Below are positions 9,363 to 17,777 of a stretch of DNA of 64,000 bases, one piece after another. The position numbers and the translations under genes are program-made. Origin of the DNA: an uncultured delta proteobacterium (GTDB taxonomy: Bacteria > Myxococcota_A > Polyangia > Polyangiales > B10-G4); NCBI GenBank assembly GCA_963727445.1, contig CAVSGI010000014.1, positions 384,001 through 448,000 of the forward strand, written 5' to 3'. The stretch's first letter is position 1; each line of letters opens with the position of its first letter. The notes under the pieces are model-generated. The model did no database searches and was not told the DNA's origin. It was given only the letters and a program-made list of their open reading frames with translations.

Positions 9363-11906
9363 ATGCGCCGTCTCGGCACCTGCCTTTTGGTCCTGCTCTG
9401 CCTCGCGAGCCTCGGGTTCGAGTGGGAAGGCCGGCTGGGACGTCTGAGACGCGACCTGGCGAACGGGGACGCGGCGCGGCGGCGCGAGGTGGTGCGCCTG
9501 CTCGGGAGCTACCCGGCCAGCGAGGTGGGCGACGCCATCATCGACGCCCTCGACGATCCCGACGCTGGCGTGCGCGCCGAGGCGGCCGACGCCGCCGGAC
9601 GGGTGCGCCTGCGCGAAGCGGTGCCGCGGCTCCTCGACTGGCTGGACGATTCGGACGCCGACGTGCGCACCAGCGCGGCGCGCGCCCTCGGTCGCATCGG
9701 CGACGCGCGCACGGTGACGCCGCTGGTGCGCGTCCTCGGCGATTCCAATGCGGACGTGCGTCGCGCGGCGGTGCAGGCGCTGGCGAGCATCGGCACGCCC
9801 GCGGTGGTGGTGCCGCTCCTCGGTCGCCTCGACGACACCAGCGCGACCGTGCGCATCGAAGCGGCGGAGGTGCTCGGCGCCCTCGGCGACCCGCGCGCGG
9901 TGGTGCCGCTCGTGGGGCGGGCGCGGGACGACGCGCCCGAGGTGCGAAACGCTGTCTACGCGGCCCTGGGCGAGATCGGCGACAGCCGTGGGCTCGCCGC
10001 GCTCCTGATGGGCCTTCGCGATCCGGTCGGTGACTCGCAGCTGGTGGCCATCGGCGCGCTGGGGCGTCTCGGCGCAGAGTCGGCTGTGGAGCCGCTGGTG
10101 GCGGCCCTCGCGGATCCGGATCCGCGCCACGGGCGCGCGGTGGTCGCGGCGCTCGGCTCCATCGAGGGCGAGGCCGCGACGCGCGCCGTCGTCCAGGCGC
10201 TCGCGCCGCCGCGCACCCGTGCGCTGGCCGCCGACGTGCTGGTGAGCCGCGCGCGGCGCCTCAGGCGCGAGCGCCCCGCGGAGCGCGACGCCTTCGTGAT
10301 GACGTTGGCGGAGTCGCTCTCGGCCGCCGAAAATCGCGGTGAGGCCACGGCCATCGCCAGCGTGCTGTCGCGCATCCTCGCCGACGCGCCGGTCGCGGCC
10401 GCCGCCGCGCCGCTCCTCGCGGCCCTCGACAGCGACCTCGGCAACGAGGGACAGCTCCTCACCGCGGCCGCCGCCACCGGCGCCCCCGAGGTGCTGGTCC
10501 CCATCCTCGCCCGCCTTCGCTCGGACGACGAGGGCGCGCTCGAGGCGAGCCTCGACGCCCTCGACCGCTACTTCGAGCGCGCGCCCCCGGACGGGCGCGC
10601 GGCCGACCCGCTCCTCTCCGCTTTGGGCCGCGTCCCGCACGCCCTGCGGGCGCGCGTGGTCCGCCTCCTCGGGGTGGTGGGCGCGCGACGCGCCCTGCCC
10701 GAGCTCCGCCCCCTCCTCAATCACCCCGACCCGCGCCTGCGCCGCGTGGCGGTCGAAGCGATCGGTGCCATCGGCGATCCCGAAGGCGCCGAAGCCATCC
10801 TCGCGCTCCTCGACGACCGCGACGGCCGCACGCGCTTCGAGGCCGCGCGCGCCCTCGGCGCCGCGGCCGGCCCCGACACGGTGAGCGCGCTGATCGATGC
10901 GCTCGGGCAGAGCGAGCCGACGGACCGCCACGCGGTGATCGAGGCGCTGGGCGCGGCGCTCGCGCGCCTCGCGGCGGCGGGCGCGCTCGAGGAGAGCGTC
11001 GGGGCGCGCGCGCGCGAAGCGCTCGCGGCTGCGGCGCGCGGGGATGACGATCAGCTCGCGGCGCGCGCCATCGACGCGCTCGGGCGCTGGGGCGCGCCCG
11101 AGGGCGCGGCCGACCTCGCTGCGTTGATGACGCATCCGGACCCGCCGCGGCGCCGCGCAGCGGCGCACGCGCTCGGGGGCATCGACGTGGACGCGAGCCG
11201 CGAGGCGCTGCGCGGTGCGCTCGACGGCGACGACGAGGCGCTGCGCGCGGCTGCGGCGGTCGCGCTCGGGACCATCGGCACGCGTCAGGACGTGGCGCCG
11301 ATGATCGCGCTCGCCGAGCGCTCGCGCTGGCCGACGCAGGGAGCGGCCTCTTTCGCGCTCGCGCGCCTCGCGCGGCGCGGAGTCGCCGAAGCACAGACGC
11401 TCGGGCCGGCGCTCTGCGCGCTCTCTGCGAAGCGGGGACCCTATGTGCGCGCCAACGTCGCGACCGCGCTCGCGGCGCTGGGCCTGGGCGCATGCCCGGA
11501 AGGGCCGGCGCCCACCGACTGGCTCGACAACCGGCGCGCAGCGCCGGTGCAGGCGGCGGCGGCGCGCTGGCTGGCGGCGGCAGCCGCGGCTGGAAACGCC
11601 GATCCCGAAGAGGCGCGACGTGCGCTCGACGCGTGTATGGACCGCGCGCTCTCCGACGAGGTCTCGGCCACCTGCGCCGCTCCCGAGCTCCGCCCCCTGG
11701 ACGCCGAGGCCGACATCTACGCCTGGTCGGCCGACGGGACCCGGCTGCTGCGCGATCGGCTGGTGGCCCTCCGGCTCTCCGACGGATCGGTGATGCTGGG
11801 GCGCACCGACGACAACGGCCACGTGCGCCTGTCGCGCGTGCCAGCCGGGCGCCTGGTCCTCGACGACCCGGCCGCGACCCCCCTCGAGCCAGCCCTGCAC
11901 GACTGA
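9363..11906 (+). CDS. HEAT/PBS-lyase repeat protein with N-terminal signal/anchor
   Basis: Many LxDxDxxVRxxAAxALG repeats; hydrophobic N-terminus MRRLGTCLLVLLCLASLG. Confidence 0.85.
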   Translation: MRRLGTCLLVLLCLASLGFEWEGRLGRLRRDLANGDAARRREVVRLLGSYPASEVGDAIIDALDDPDAGVRAEAADAAGRVRLREAVPRLLDWLDDSDADVRTSAARALGRIGDARTVTPLVRVLGDSNADVRRAAVQALASIGTPAVVVPLLGRLDDTSATVRIEAAEVLGALGDPRAVVPLVGRARDDAPEVRNAVYAALGEIGDSRGLAALLMGLRDPVGDSQLVAIGALGRLGAESAVEPLVAALADPDPRHGRAVVAALGSIEGEAATRAVVQALAPPRTRALAADVLVSRARRLRRERPAERDAFVMTLAESLSAAENRGEATAIASVLSRILADAPVAAAAAPLLAALDSDLGNEGQLLTAAAATGAPEVLVPILARLRSDDEGALEASLDALDRYFERAPPDGRAADPLLSALGRVPHALRARVVRLLGVVGARRALPELRPLLNHPDPRLRRVAVEAIGAIGDPEGAEAILALLDDRDGRTRFEAARALGAAAGPDTVSALIDALGQSEPTDRHAVIEALGAALARLAAAGALEESVGARAREALAAAARGDDDQLAARAIDALGRWGAPEGAADLAALMTHPDPPRRRAAAHALGGIDVDASREALRGALDGDDEALRAAAAVALGTIGTRQDVAPMIALAERSRWPTQGAASFALARLARRGVAEAQTLGPALCALSAKRGPYVRANVATALAALGLGACPEGPAPTDWLDNRRAAPVQAAAARWLAAAAAAGNADPEEARRALDACMDRALSDEVSATCAAPELRPLDAEADIYAWSADGTRLLRDRLVALRLSDGSVMLGRTDDNGHVRLSRVPAGRLVLDDPAATPLEPALHD

Positions 11907-12205
11907 ACGGGAACGGGAACGGGAACGGGAACGGGAACGGGAACGGGAACGGGACTGGGAACGGGACTGGGAACGGGAATGGGAACGGGAACGGGAACGG
12001 GAACGGGAACGGGAACGGGAACGGGAACGGGAGCGGGAACGGGAATGGGAACGGGAACGGGAACGGGAACGGGACTGGGAACGGGACTGGGACTGGGAAC
12101 GGGACTGGGAACGGGACTGGGAACGGGAACGGGAACGGGAACGGGAACGGGAACGGGAACGGGAACGGGAACGGGAACGGGAACGGGAACGGGAACGGGA
12201 ACGGG
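11905..12205 (+). repeat. (GGGAAC)n tandem array, ~50 units, with GGGACT/GGGAAT/GGGAGC variants
   Basis: Read directly; begins at the HEAT gene stop codon. Confidence 0.97.
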
Positions 12206-12221
12206 TTGAATCCGTTTGATC

Positions 12222-12290
12222 GTGTTTCTTGGTCATCGCTGAGACCCCTTCTTGGGTGGGAAAGGGGTCTCAGCGATGACCAAGAAACAC
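12222..12290. repeat. Perfect 29-bp inverted repeat covering the RBS and ATG of four-helix-bundle gene 1
   Basis: GTGTTTCTTGGTCATCGCTGAGACCCCTT, 11-nt loop, AAGGGGTCTCAGCGATGACCAAGAAACAC. Confidence 0.95.
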
Positions 12291-12617
12291 TCTGATCGGA
12301 TGATTCATCACAACTTGCGGGTCTGGCAGCGCGCACATTCGCTCGTGGGGCTCGTGTACGCGAACTTGCCGAAGGATGCGGAGCTTCGATCGCAAGTGAA
12401 GCGAGCTTCGACCTCTGTCGGCGCGAACATCGCCGAAGGGTGCACGCAAAGCTCGAGAGCGATGCGCCGCAAGCATTACGAGATCGCCCGCGGGTCGGCT
12501 GTGGAGACGGTTGCTTGCTTCGAACTGGCCGAAGCCACCGGCGATCGCCTCCCCGTCGAGGAGGTCCGGAGCCACGGCGCCGCCATCGCGGCGATGCTCA
12601 CGAAGATGCTGCGGTGA
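12276..12617 (+). CDS. Four helix bundle protein (23S rRNA IVS-protein/Avd-like family)
   Basis: LRVWQRA...LRSQVKRASTSVGANIAEG...IARGSAVE family signature; alternative start at 12300. Confidence 0.9.
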   Translation: MTKKHSDRMIHHNLRVWQRAHSLVGLVYANLPKDAELRSQVKRASTSVGANIAEGCTQSSRAMRRKHYEIARGSAVETVACFELAEATGDRLPVEEVRSHGAAIAAMLTKMLR

Positions 12618-12622
12618 ACATA

Positions 12623-12658
12623 CGAGAGCCCGGAGGGTTTTCGCCCTCCGGGCTCTCG
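12623..12658. terminator. 15-bp perfect hairpin between the convergent four-helix genes (possible bidirectional terminator or processing site)
   Basis: CGAGAGCCCGGAGGG-TTTTCG-CCCTCCGGGCTCTCG; no U-tract on either side. Confidence 0.6.
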
Positions 12659-12661
12659 CGC

Positions 12662-12988
12662 TCAGCCGTGGATCATCCGCCAGAGCGAAGCGGCGGCATG
12701 GTCGAAGCGGTCGTCGGCTGACGCGCTCTCCATCGCGGTGATGTAGCCCCAGGCGACCGCGATGCGGAGTGCCTGCTTGGCTTCGCGCGCCGAGTTCATG
12801 GCGACCGAGAGGTGCTCCGCTCGGTGCCCCTTGCGTGCCCACTCCCCTTCGGCTGCATTGAGCGCCGCGGAGCTCGCCGCGCGCCTCAGCTGCGAGGCGA
12901 GGTCGCGATCTTGGGGTTGGAATCTTTCGGCCAGAGGTCGGGTGACCTCGATGGCTTGGAGGAGGATGTCGTGGACCAGCTTGCTCAT
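12662..12988 (-). CDS. Four helix bundle protein (23S rRNA IVS-protein/Avd-like family)
   Basis: DRDLASQLRRAASSAALNAAEG...AMNSARE...AVAWGY; AAAGGAG RBS upstream. Confidence 0.9.
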   Translation of the reverse strand: MSKLVHDILLQAIEVTRPLAERFQPQDRDLASQLRRAASSAALNAAEGEWARKGHRAEHLSVAMNSAREAKQALRIAVAWGYITAMESASADDRFDHAAASLWRMIHG

Positions 12989-12990
12989 GA

Positions 12991-13068
12991 GGTGTCGCTC
13001 CTTTCGCCCGCGTCAGGGGGCTTTGCCCGCCCGAAGGGCCCCCTGACGCGGGCGAAAGGAGCGGCACC
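12991..13068. repeat. 31-bp inverted repeat (1 mismatch) covering the RBS of four-helix-bundle gene 2
   Basis: GGTGTCGCTCCTTTCGCCCGCGTCAGGGGGC, 16-nt loop, GCCCCCTGACGCGGGCGAAAGGAGCGGCACC. Confidence 0.95.
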
Positions 13069-13116
13069 GACAGCCCATGAAACAGACCCGAGCGCAGCGA
13101 AGGGGGCCGAGACGAC

Positions 13117-13230
13117 GGGAACGGGAACGGGAACGGGAACGGGAATGGGAGCGGGAACGGGAGCGGGAGCGGGAATGGGAGTGGGAATGGGAGCGGGAGC
13201 GGGAGCGGGAACGGGAATGGGAATGGGAGT
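13117..13230 (+). repeat. (GGGAAC/GGGAGC/GGGAAT/GGGAGT)n tandem array, ~19 units
   Basis: Read directly; same orientation as the 11905-12205 array. Confidence 0.95.
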
Positions 13231-13296
13231 GGAATTCACGGCCTCCTCGACACTCCCCGGCCGGCGCGTTAAGTAAGCCGCCCACTCGGTCCCGCC

Positions 13297-14746
13297 ATGC
13301 GCTACGTCGTCCAGACCTTCGGTTGTCAGATGAACGTGCACGACTCTCGTCGCATGGAGGAGGTGCTGCGCGGCGAGGGGCATGCGCCCGCCGAGGACGG
13401 CTCGGTGGCCGACCTGGTCATCGTCAACACCTGCTCGATCCGCGAAAAGGCCGAGCACAAGCTGATGAGCCTCCTCGGGACGCTCCGCCCGTGGAAGGAG
13501 TCCAAGCGGGGCGCGGTGCTCGCCGTCGCCGGCTGCGTGGCGCAGCAGGAGGGCGAGCGGCTGCTGACGAAGGCGCCCTACGTCGACGTGGTGATCGGGC
13601 CGGACAACATCCCCGAGCTCCCGCGGCTGATCCGCGCGGCGCGGAACGGCGCGCCGCCGGTGGCCCGCACCGTCTTCGACGACGACGATCCGCGCTTCCT
13701 GGTCGCGCGCCCGCGCGCCGAGGAGCCCGAGGTCACCGCCTTCGTGACCGTCATGAAGGGCTGCGACGAGCGCTGCACCTATTGCATCGTCCCCCACACG
13801 CGCGGCGACGAGCGCTACCGGCCGGCTGGCGAGATCGTCGACGAGATCGCGCGCCTCGTCGAAGGCGGCGTGCGCGAGGTGACGCTCCTCGGGCAGACGG
13901 TGAACTCCTGGCATCCGCCCGACGAACAGGTGCCCTCCGAATCCGCCGGACGCCGAAGCCGAGCTCCCCTCGCGCTTCGCCTCGACGAGCCGCTTCGCGG
14001 AGCTGCTTCACCGAATCGCCAGCGAGGTGCCGGCGCTGGCGCGGCTTCGCTACACCTCGCCGCATCCGCGGCACGTGACGCCCGCGCTTCTTCGCGCCCA
14101 CGCAGAGCTCGAGGTGATGCCCGCCCACGTGCACCTGCCCGTGCAGTCGGGCTCGGACCGGGTGCTGAGGCGCATGCTCCGCCGCTACACGCGCTCGCTC
14201 TACGTCGATCGCGCCCGCGCGCTGATGGACGCGCGCCCCGGCCTCACCCTCGCCACCGACATCATCGTGGGCTTCCCCGGTGAGACCGAAGAGGACTTCC
14301 GCGAGACGCTGAGCCTGGTGGAGGAGGTGGGCTTCGTCTCGGCCTTCTGCTTCAAGTACTCGCCGCGCCCGTATACCCCGGCCCTCAAGCTCGGCGACGA
14401 CATCCCCGAAGAGGTCAAGGCCGAGCGCCTCGCCCGCCTCTTCGAAGCGGTGGAGAAGATCCAGCGCCGCCACCTGGACGCGCTGGTCGGCACCCGACAG
14501 CACGTGCTCGTCGAAGGGCTCACGCCGCACGACAAGAACGGCGACGGGCGCTTCACCGGTCGCACCACGCGGAACGAGATCGTGCATCTGCTCGCGCCGG
14601 CGGAGCTCGACCCGACGGGAACCATCGTCGAAGTGAACGTCGACGCTGCCAACAAGCACAGCCTCCTCGGCTCGATGGACGGTGGCGTCCCGACGCGGCG
14701 CTCGCGGAAGACGCGCGCCTCCCTGCCGATCCTGGCGGGGGCGTGA
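13297..14746 (+). CDS. miaB: tRNA-2-methylthio-N6-dimethylallyladenosine synthase MiaB (frameshift at ~13950-13995)
   Basis: TFGCQMNVHDS, NTCSIREKAE, radical SAM CDERCTYC, HLPVQSGS, DIIVGFPGETEEDF, TRAM tail. Confidence 0.93.
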
Positions 14747-15159
14747 GCACGATGTCGGCGCGCGCGTCGCGTCTCGCCCTGGCGTGGGCGCCGGCGCTCG
14801 CCTACATGGCGCTCATCTGGGGTCTGTCGTCGATCCAGATCGACGTGGTGCGCGTGTCGGCATTCCCCCTCAAGGACAAGGGCGTGCACTTCTGCGAGTA
14901 CGGCGCCCTCGGCTTCCTCTCGGCGCACGCGGTGCGCACCACCTGGGCCAACCGCCGCCTGTGGCGCGTGTACGCCACCGCCGTGCTCATCACCTTTGCC
15001 TGGGGGATCTTGGACGAGTTCCACCAGGCCTTCGTCCCGGGGCGCTTCGCCGAGGTCTACGACGCCCTCGCCGACCTCCTCGGCGCGATGACCGGCGCCG
15101 CGGCGTACCTCTTCTTCTTCAACCTGCGCGCGCGACGACGCGCCCGGAGACGCGCATGA
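14743..15159 (+). CDS. VanZ family membrane protein
   Basis: YMALIWGLSS, DKGVHFCEYG, GILDEFHQAFVPGR. Confidence 0.85.
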   Translation: MSTMSARASRLALAWAPALAYMALIWGLSSIQIDVVRVSAFPLKDKGVHFCEYGALGFLSAHAVRTTWANRRLWRVYATAVLITFAWGILDEFHQAFVPGRFAEVYDALADLLGAMTGAAAYLFFFNLRARRRARRRA

Positions 15160-15683
15160 GTCACGAGCCCACCATCGTCAGCTACCGCGGCACGCTCCCG
15201 CGCTTCGACGAGCGGGTGTACGTCGCGCCCACCGCCTCGGTTATCGGCGACGTCCACGTCGGTGAGGACGCGAGCCTGTGGTTCGGCGCCGTGCTGCGGG
15301 GCGACGTTCAGCCGATCACCATCGGGCCGCGCACATCGATCCAGGACAACTCGGTCATCCACGCCACCGATGGTTGGGTGCCGACGGTGGTGGGCGCCGA
15401 CGTGACCGTCGGACACATGGTCATCCTTCACGGCTGCACCATCGAGGAGCGCGTCCTGGTCGGCATGGGCTCGATCATCATGGACGAGGCGACGGTCGGC
15501 TCCGACACCATCGTGGGCGCGGGCTCGCTGATCACCGCCAAGCAGAAGATCCCCTCGGGCGTCTTGGCCCTGGGGCGACCCGCGAAGGTGATTCGAGAGC
15601 TGACTCCGGCCGAGCTAAAGCAGATCCGCGACTCCGCAGCGCACTACGTGAACAAGGGGCACGAATACCTGAACGTGCTATGA
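15156..15683 (+). CDS. Gamma carbonic anhydrase family protein (YrdA/PaaY-like)
   Basis: Hexapeptide repeats; WFGAVLRGD, IQDNSVIH, TVGHMVILHGC, GRPAKVIR. Confidence 0.9.
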   Translation: MSHEPTIVSYRGTLPRFDERVYVAPTASVIGDVHVGEDASLWFGAVLRGDVQPITIGPRTSIQDNSVIHATDGWVPTVVGADVTVGHMVILHGCTIEERVLVGMGSIIMDEATVGSDTIVGAGSLITAKQKIPSGVLALGRPAKVIRELTPAELKQIRDSAAHYVNKGHEYLNVL

Positions 15684-15690
15684 TCGGAGT

Positions 15691-16269
15691 GTGCGACTCC
15701 CCCGCACGTCGTTCGTCGCTTTCGCGGTCACGCTGATCGTCGCCACCGTCGCCCTCGCTGCGCCGCCAGGTCTACGCCAAGCGCCCGATCCGACGCCGCC
15801 TGCGTCGGGTGGCTCATCGACCACTCAGCTGGGCGCCTCCGTCGGCGTCTCGGCGCCCGATCTGACGGTCTCGAAGCTCAGCGGCGACGACCCGGCGGAT
15901 CTGGGGCAGCTCGCGGGCCGCGTGGTGATCCTCGAGTTCTGGGCGACGTGGTGCGGGGCCTGCCAGGCGCTCTCGGGCGTGCTTCGCGCGCTGCACCACG
16001 ACCGCCACGACGACGGTCTCACCGTGCTCGCCGTGAGCAACGAGCCCGAGGATCGGATCCGCGCCCACATCGCGCGACAGCCGCTCGGCTTCACCGTCGC
16101 CCGCGACCTCGGCCCCACCTCCGCCCGCTACCGCGTCCGCTCCCTGCCCACCGTCGTGCTCATCGGGCGCGATGGCAAGGTGCGCCACCTGATGGTGGGG
16201 GCGAGCGGTCGGGGAGTGATGGACCTGGTCACCAAGGTCGAACGGGAGCTGGACGAGCCCGCGCCCTGA
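15691..16269 (+). CDS. TlpA-family thiol:disulfide oxidoreductase
   Basis: Signal peptide; EFWATWCGAC; YRVRSLPTVVLIGRDG. Confidence 0.85.
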   Translation: MRLPRTSFVAFAVTLIVATVALAAPPGLRQAPDPTPPASGGSSTTQLGASVGVSAPDLTVSKLSGDDPADLGQLAGRVVILEFWATWCGACQALSGVLRALHHDRHDDGLTVLAVSNEPEDRIRAHIARQPLGFTVARDLGPTSARYRVRSLPTVVLIGRDGKVRHLMVGASGRGVMDLVTKVERELDEPAP

Positions 16270-16282
16270 GTGACCCACCGCG

Positions 16283-17692
16283 ATGGACCAGGTCCTCTCT
16301 GACTTCGTGGAGGTGTGCCGGCGCAGCGGTCTGCCCGCCTCGCCGATCCAGAGCATCGATCTGAGGCGCGCGGCGATGGCGGTCGGTCTGGGCGACGCCG
16401 AGACGACCAGGGCGGCCTTCCGCGCGGTCATGGTGGAAGACCCGTCGCAGGTCACGCTCTTCGACCGCGCCTTCGACGCGTTCTTCCGCGTGGGGCCGGG
16501 CGCGGGCGCGGGCGTGGTGGCGCGCGGCGCGGGCGCGCTCGAGGAGGGTGAGCTCGAGGCGATGCTCGACGCCATCGACGCGGCGATGCGGGCCACCGAA
16601 GGGGCGAACGCCACCGACGCGATGATCGCCGTGGCGACAGGGGGCGCGGCCCTCGACCGCGTGCTCCGAAACGCCGCCGACGCGGCCGGCGTGGGATCGA
16701 TGCGCGGGCCCATGCAGATCGGCTACTTCACGCAGCGCACCCTCGAGACGCTCGGGGTCGAGACCCTGCGCGAGGCGCTCCCCGACGTGGAATCTGCGCT
16801 CGAGGCGCGGGTTGGGGCCGAGCGCGCGGCGGCGCTCCTCTCCGTTCTGCGGGACGAGCTCGACGGCCTGAGGTCTGCCGCGCGCGCCGTGGTCGACGCG
16901 GAGTTCCTGCGGCGAAACGCGAACCTGCGCGAGTCCTTCAGGCGCCGCATCCTCGCCGAAAAGCGCTTCACCCAGCTTCGTCCCGACGAGGTGGAGGCCG
17001 TGTCCCGGGAGGTCGAGCGCCTCGCCGAACGGCTCCGGGGGCGGCTCGCCGTGCGACGCAAGCGCCAGCGACGCGGGCGCATCGACGTGCGCAAGACCAT
17101 CCGCGCTTCGTACCGGACGGGCGGGGTCCCGATCGCGCCGGTCTTCGTGAAGAAGCCCCCCAAGCGCCCGCGCCTGACTGTGCTCTGCGACGTGAGCGAC
17201 TCGGTGCGCTTCGCGGCGCGCTTCCTGCTCACGTTGACCTGGGCGATGCAGGAGTCTTTCACCCGCACCCGCACCTTCGCCTTCGTGTCGGACCTGGGCG
17301 AGACGACGCACCTGATGGACCGCCACCGGGTCGAGGAAGCGATCGAGCTTGTCTACGCCGGCGCCGCGGTGAGCGTCGCCAGCGGCAGCGACTACGGCAA
17401 GGCGCTCGGGGTCTTCGAATCGCGCTTCATGAGCGCGGTCGATCCGCGGACGACGGTGGTGATCGTCGGCGACGGGCGGACGAACTACCTCGACCCCAAC
17501 GTCGACGCGCTCCGCACGATCGCGCGCCGGGCCGCCCGGGTCCTGTGGCTCAACCCCGAGCCGCGGGCGAGCTGGGGCTTCGGGGACAGCGCCATGGAGC
17601 GCTATCTACCGCTCGTCGACGAGGCCCTGCCGGTCGCGGATCTCGCGTCACTCCAGGTCGCGGTGGACGCCATCCTGGCCAGCACCGACTGA
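16283..17692 (+). CDS. CoxE-like VWA domain protein
   Basis: IDVRKTIRAS, LCDVSDS MIDAS motif, SDYGKAL, IVGDGRTNY, WLNPEP...WGFGDS. Confidence 0.85.
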   Translation: MDQVLSDFVEVCRRSGLPASPIQSIDLRRAAMAVGLGDAETTRAAFRAVMVEDPSQVTLFDRAFDAFFRVGPGAGAGVVARGAGALEEGELEAMLDAIDAAMRATEGANATDAMIAVATGGAALDRVLRNAADAAGVGSMRGPMQIGYFTQRTLETLGVETLREALPDVESALEARVGAERAAALLSVLRDELDGLRSAARAVVDAEFLRRNANLRESFRRRILAEKRFTQLRPDEVEAVSREVERLAERLRGRLAVRRKRQRRGRIDVRKTIRASYRTGGVPIAPVFVKKPPKRPRLTVLCDVSDSVRFAARFLLTLTWAMQESFTRTRTFAFVSDLGETTHLMDRHRVEEAIELVYAGAAVSVASGSDYGKALGVFESRFMSAVDPRTTVVIVGDGRTNYLDPNVDALRTIARRAARVLWLNPEPRASWGFGDSAMERYLPLVDEALPVADLASLQVAVDAILASTD

Positions 17693-17694
17693 GC

Positions 17695-17735
17695 CTTCAC
17701 ACTTCTTCACAGCCGAGCGCGCCCTCCCTTCACAC
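17695..17735 (+). promoter_or_regulatory. CTTCACA direct repeats; candidate OmpR-family regulator binding site
   Basis: CTTCACACTT CTTCACAG with 10-bp period, plus CTTCACAC at 17728, upstream of an operon encoding an OmpR-type regulator. Confidence 0.5.
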
Positions 17736-17777
17736 CGGGCCCCAATCCTGTTCTTCGACACAGGAGGACCCCAGGAA

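Noticed and set aside
12276..12988. Diversity-generating retroelement or rRNA intervening sequence
   Set aside because: The proteins are Avd/IVP-like, but no reverse transcriptase, TR/VR pair or rRNA sequence was seen in the window.
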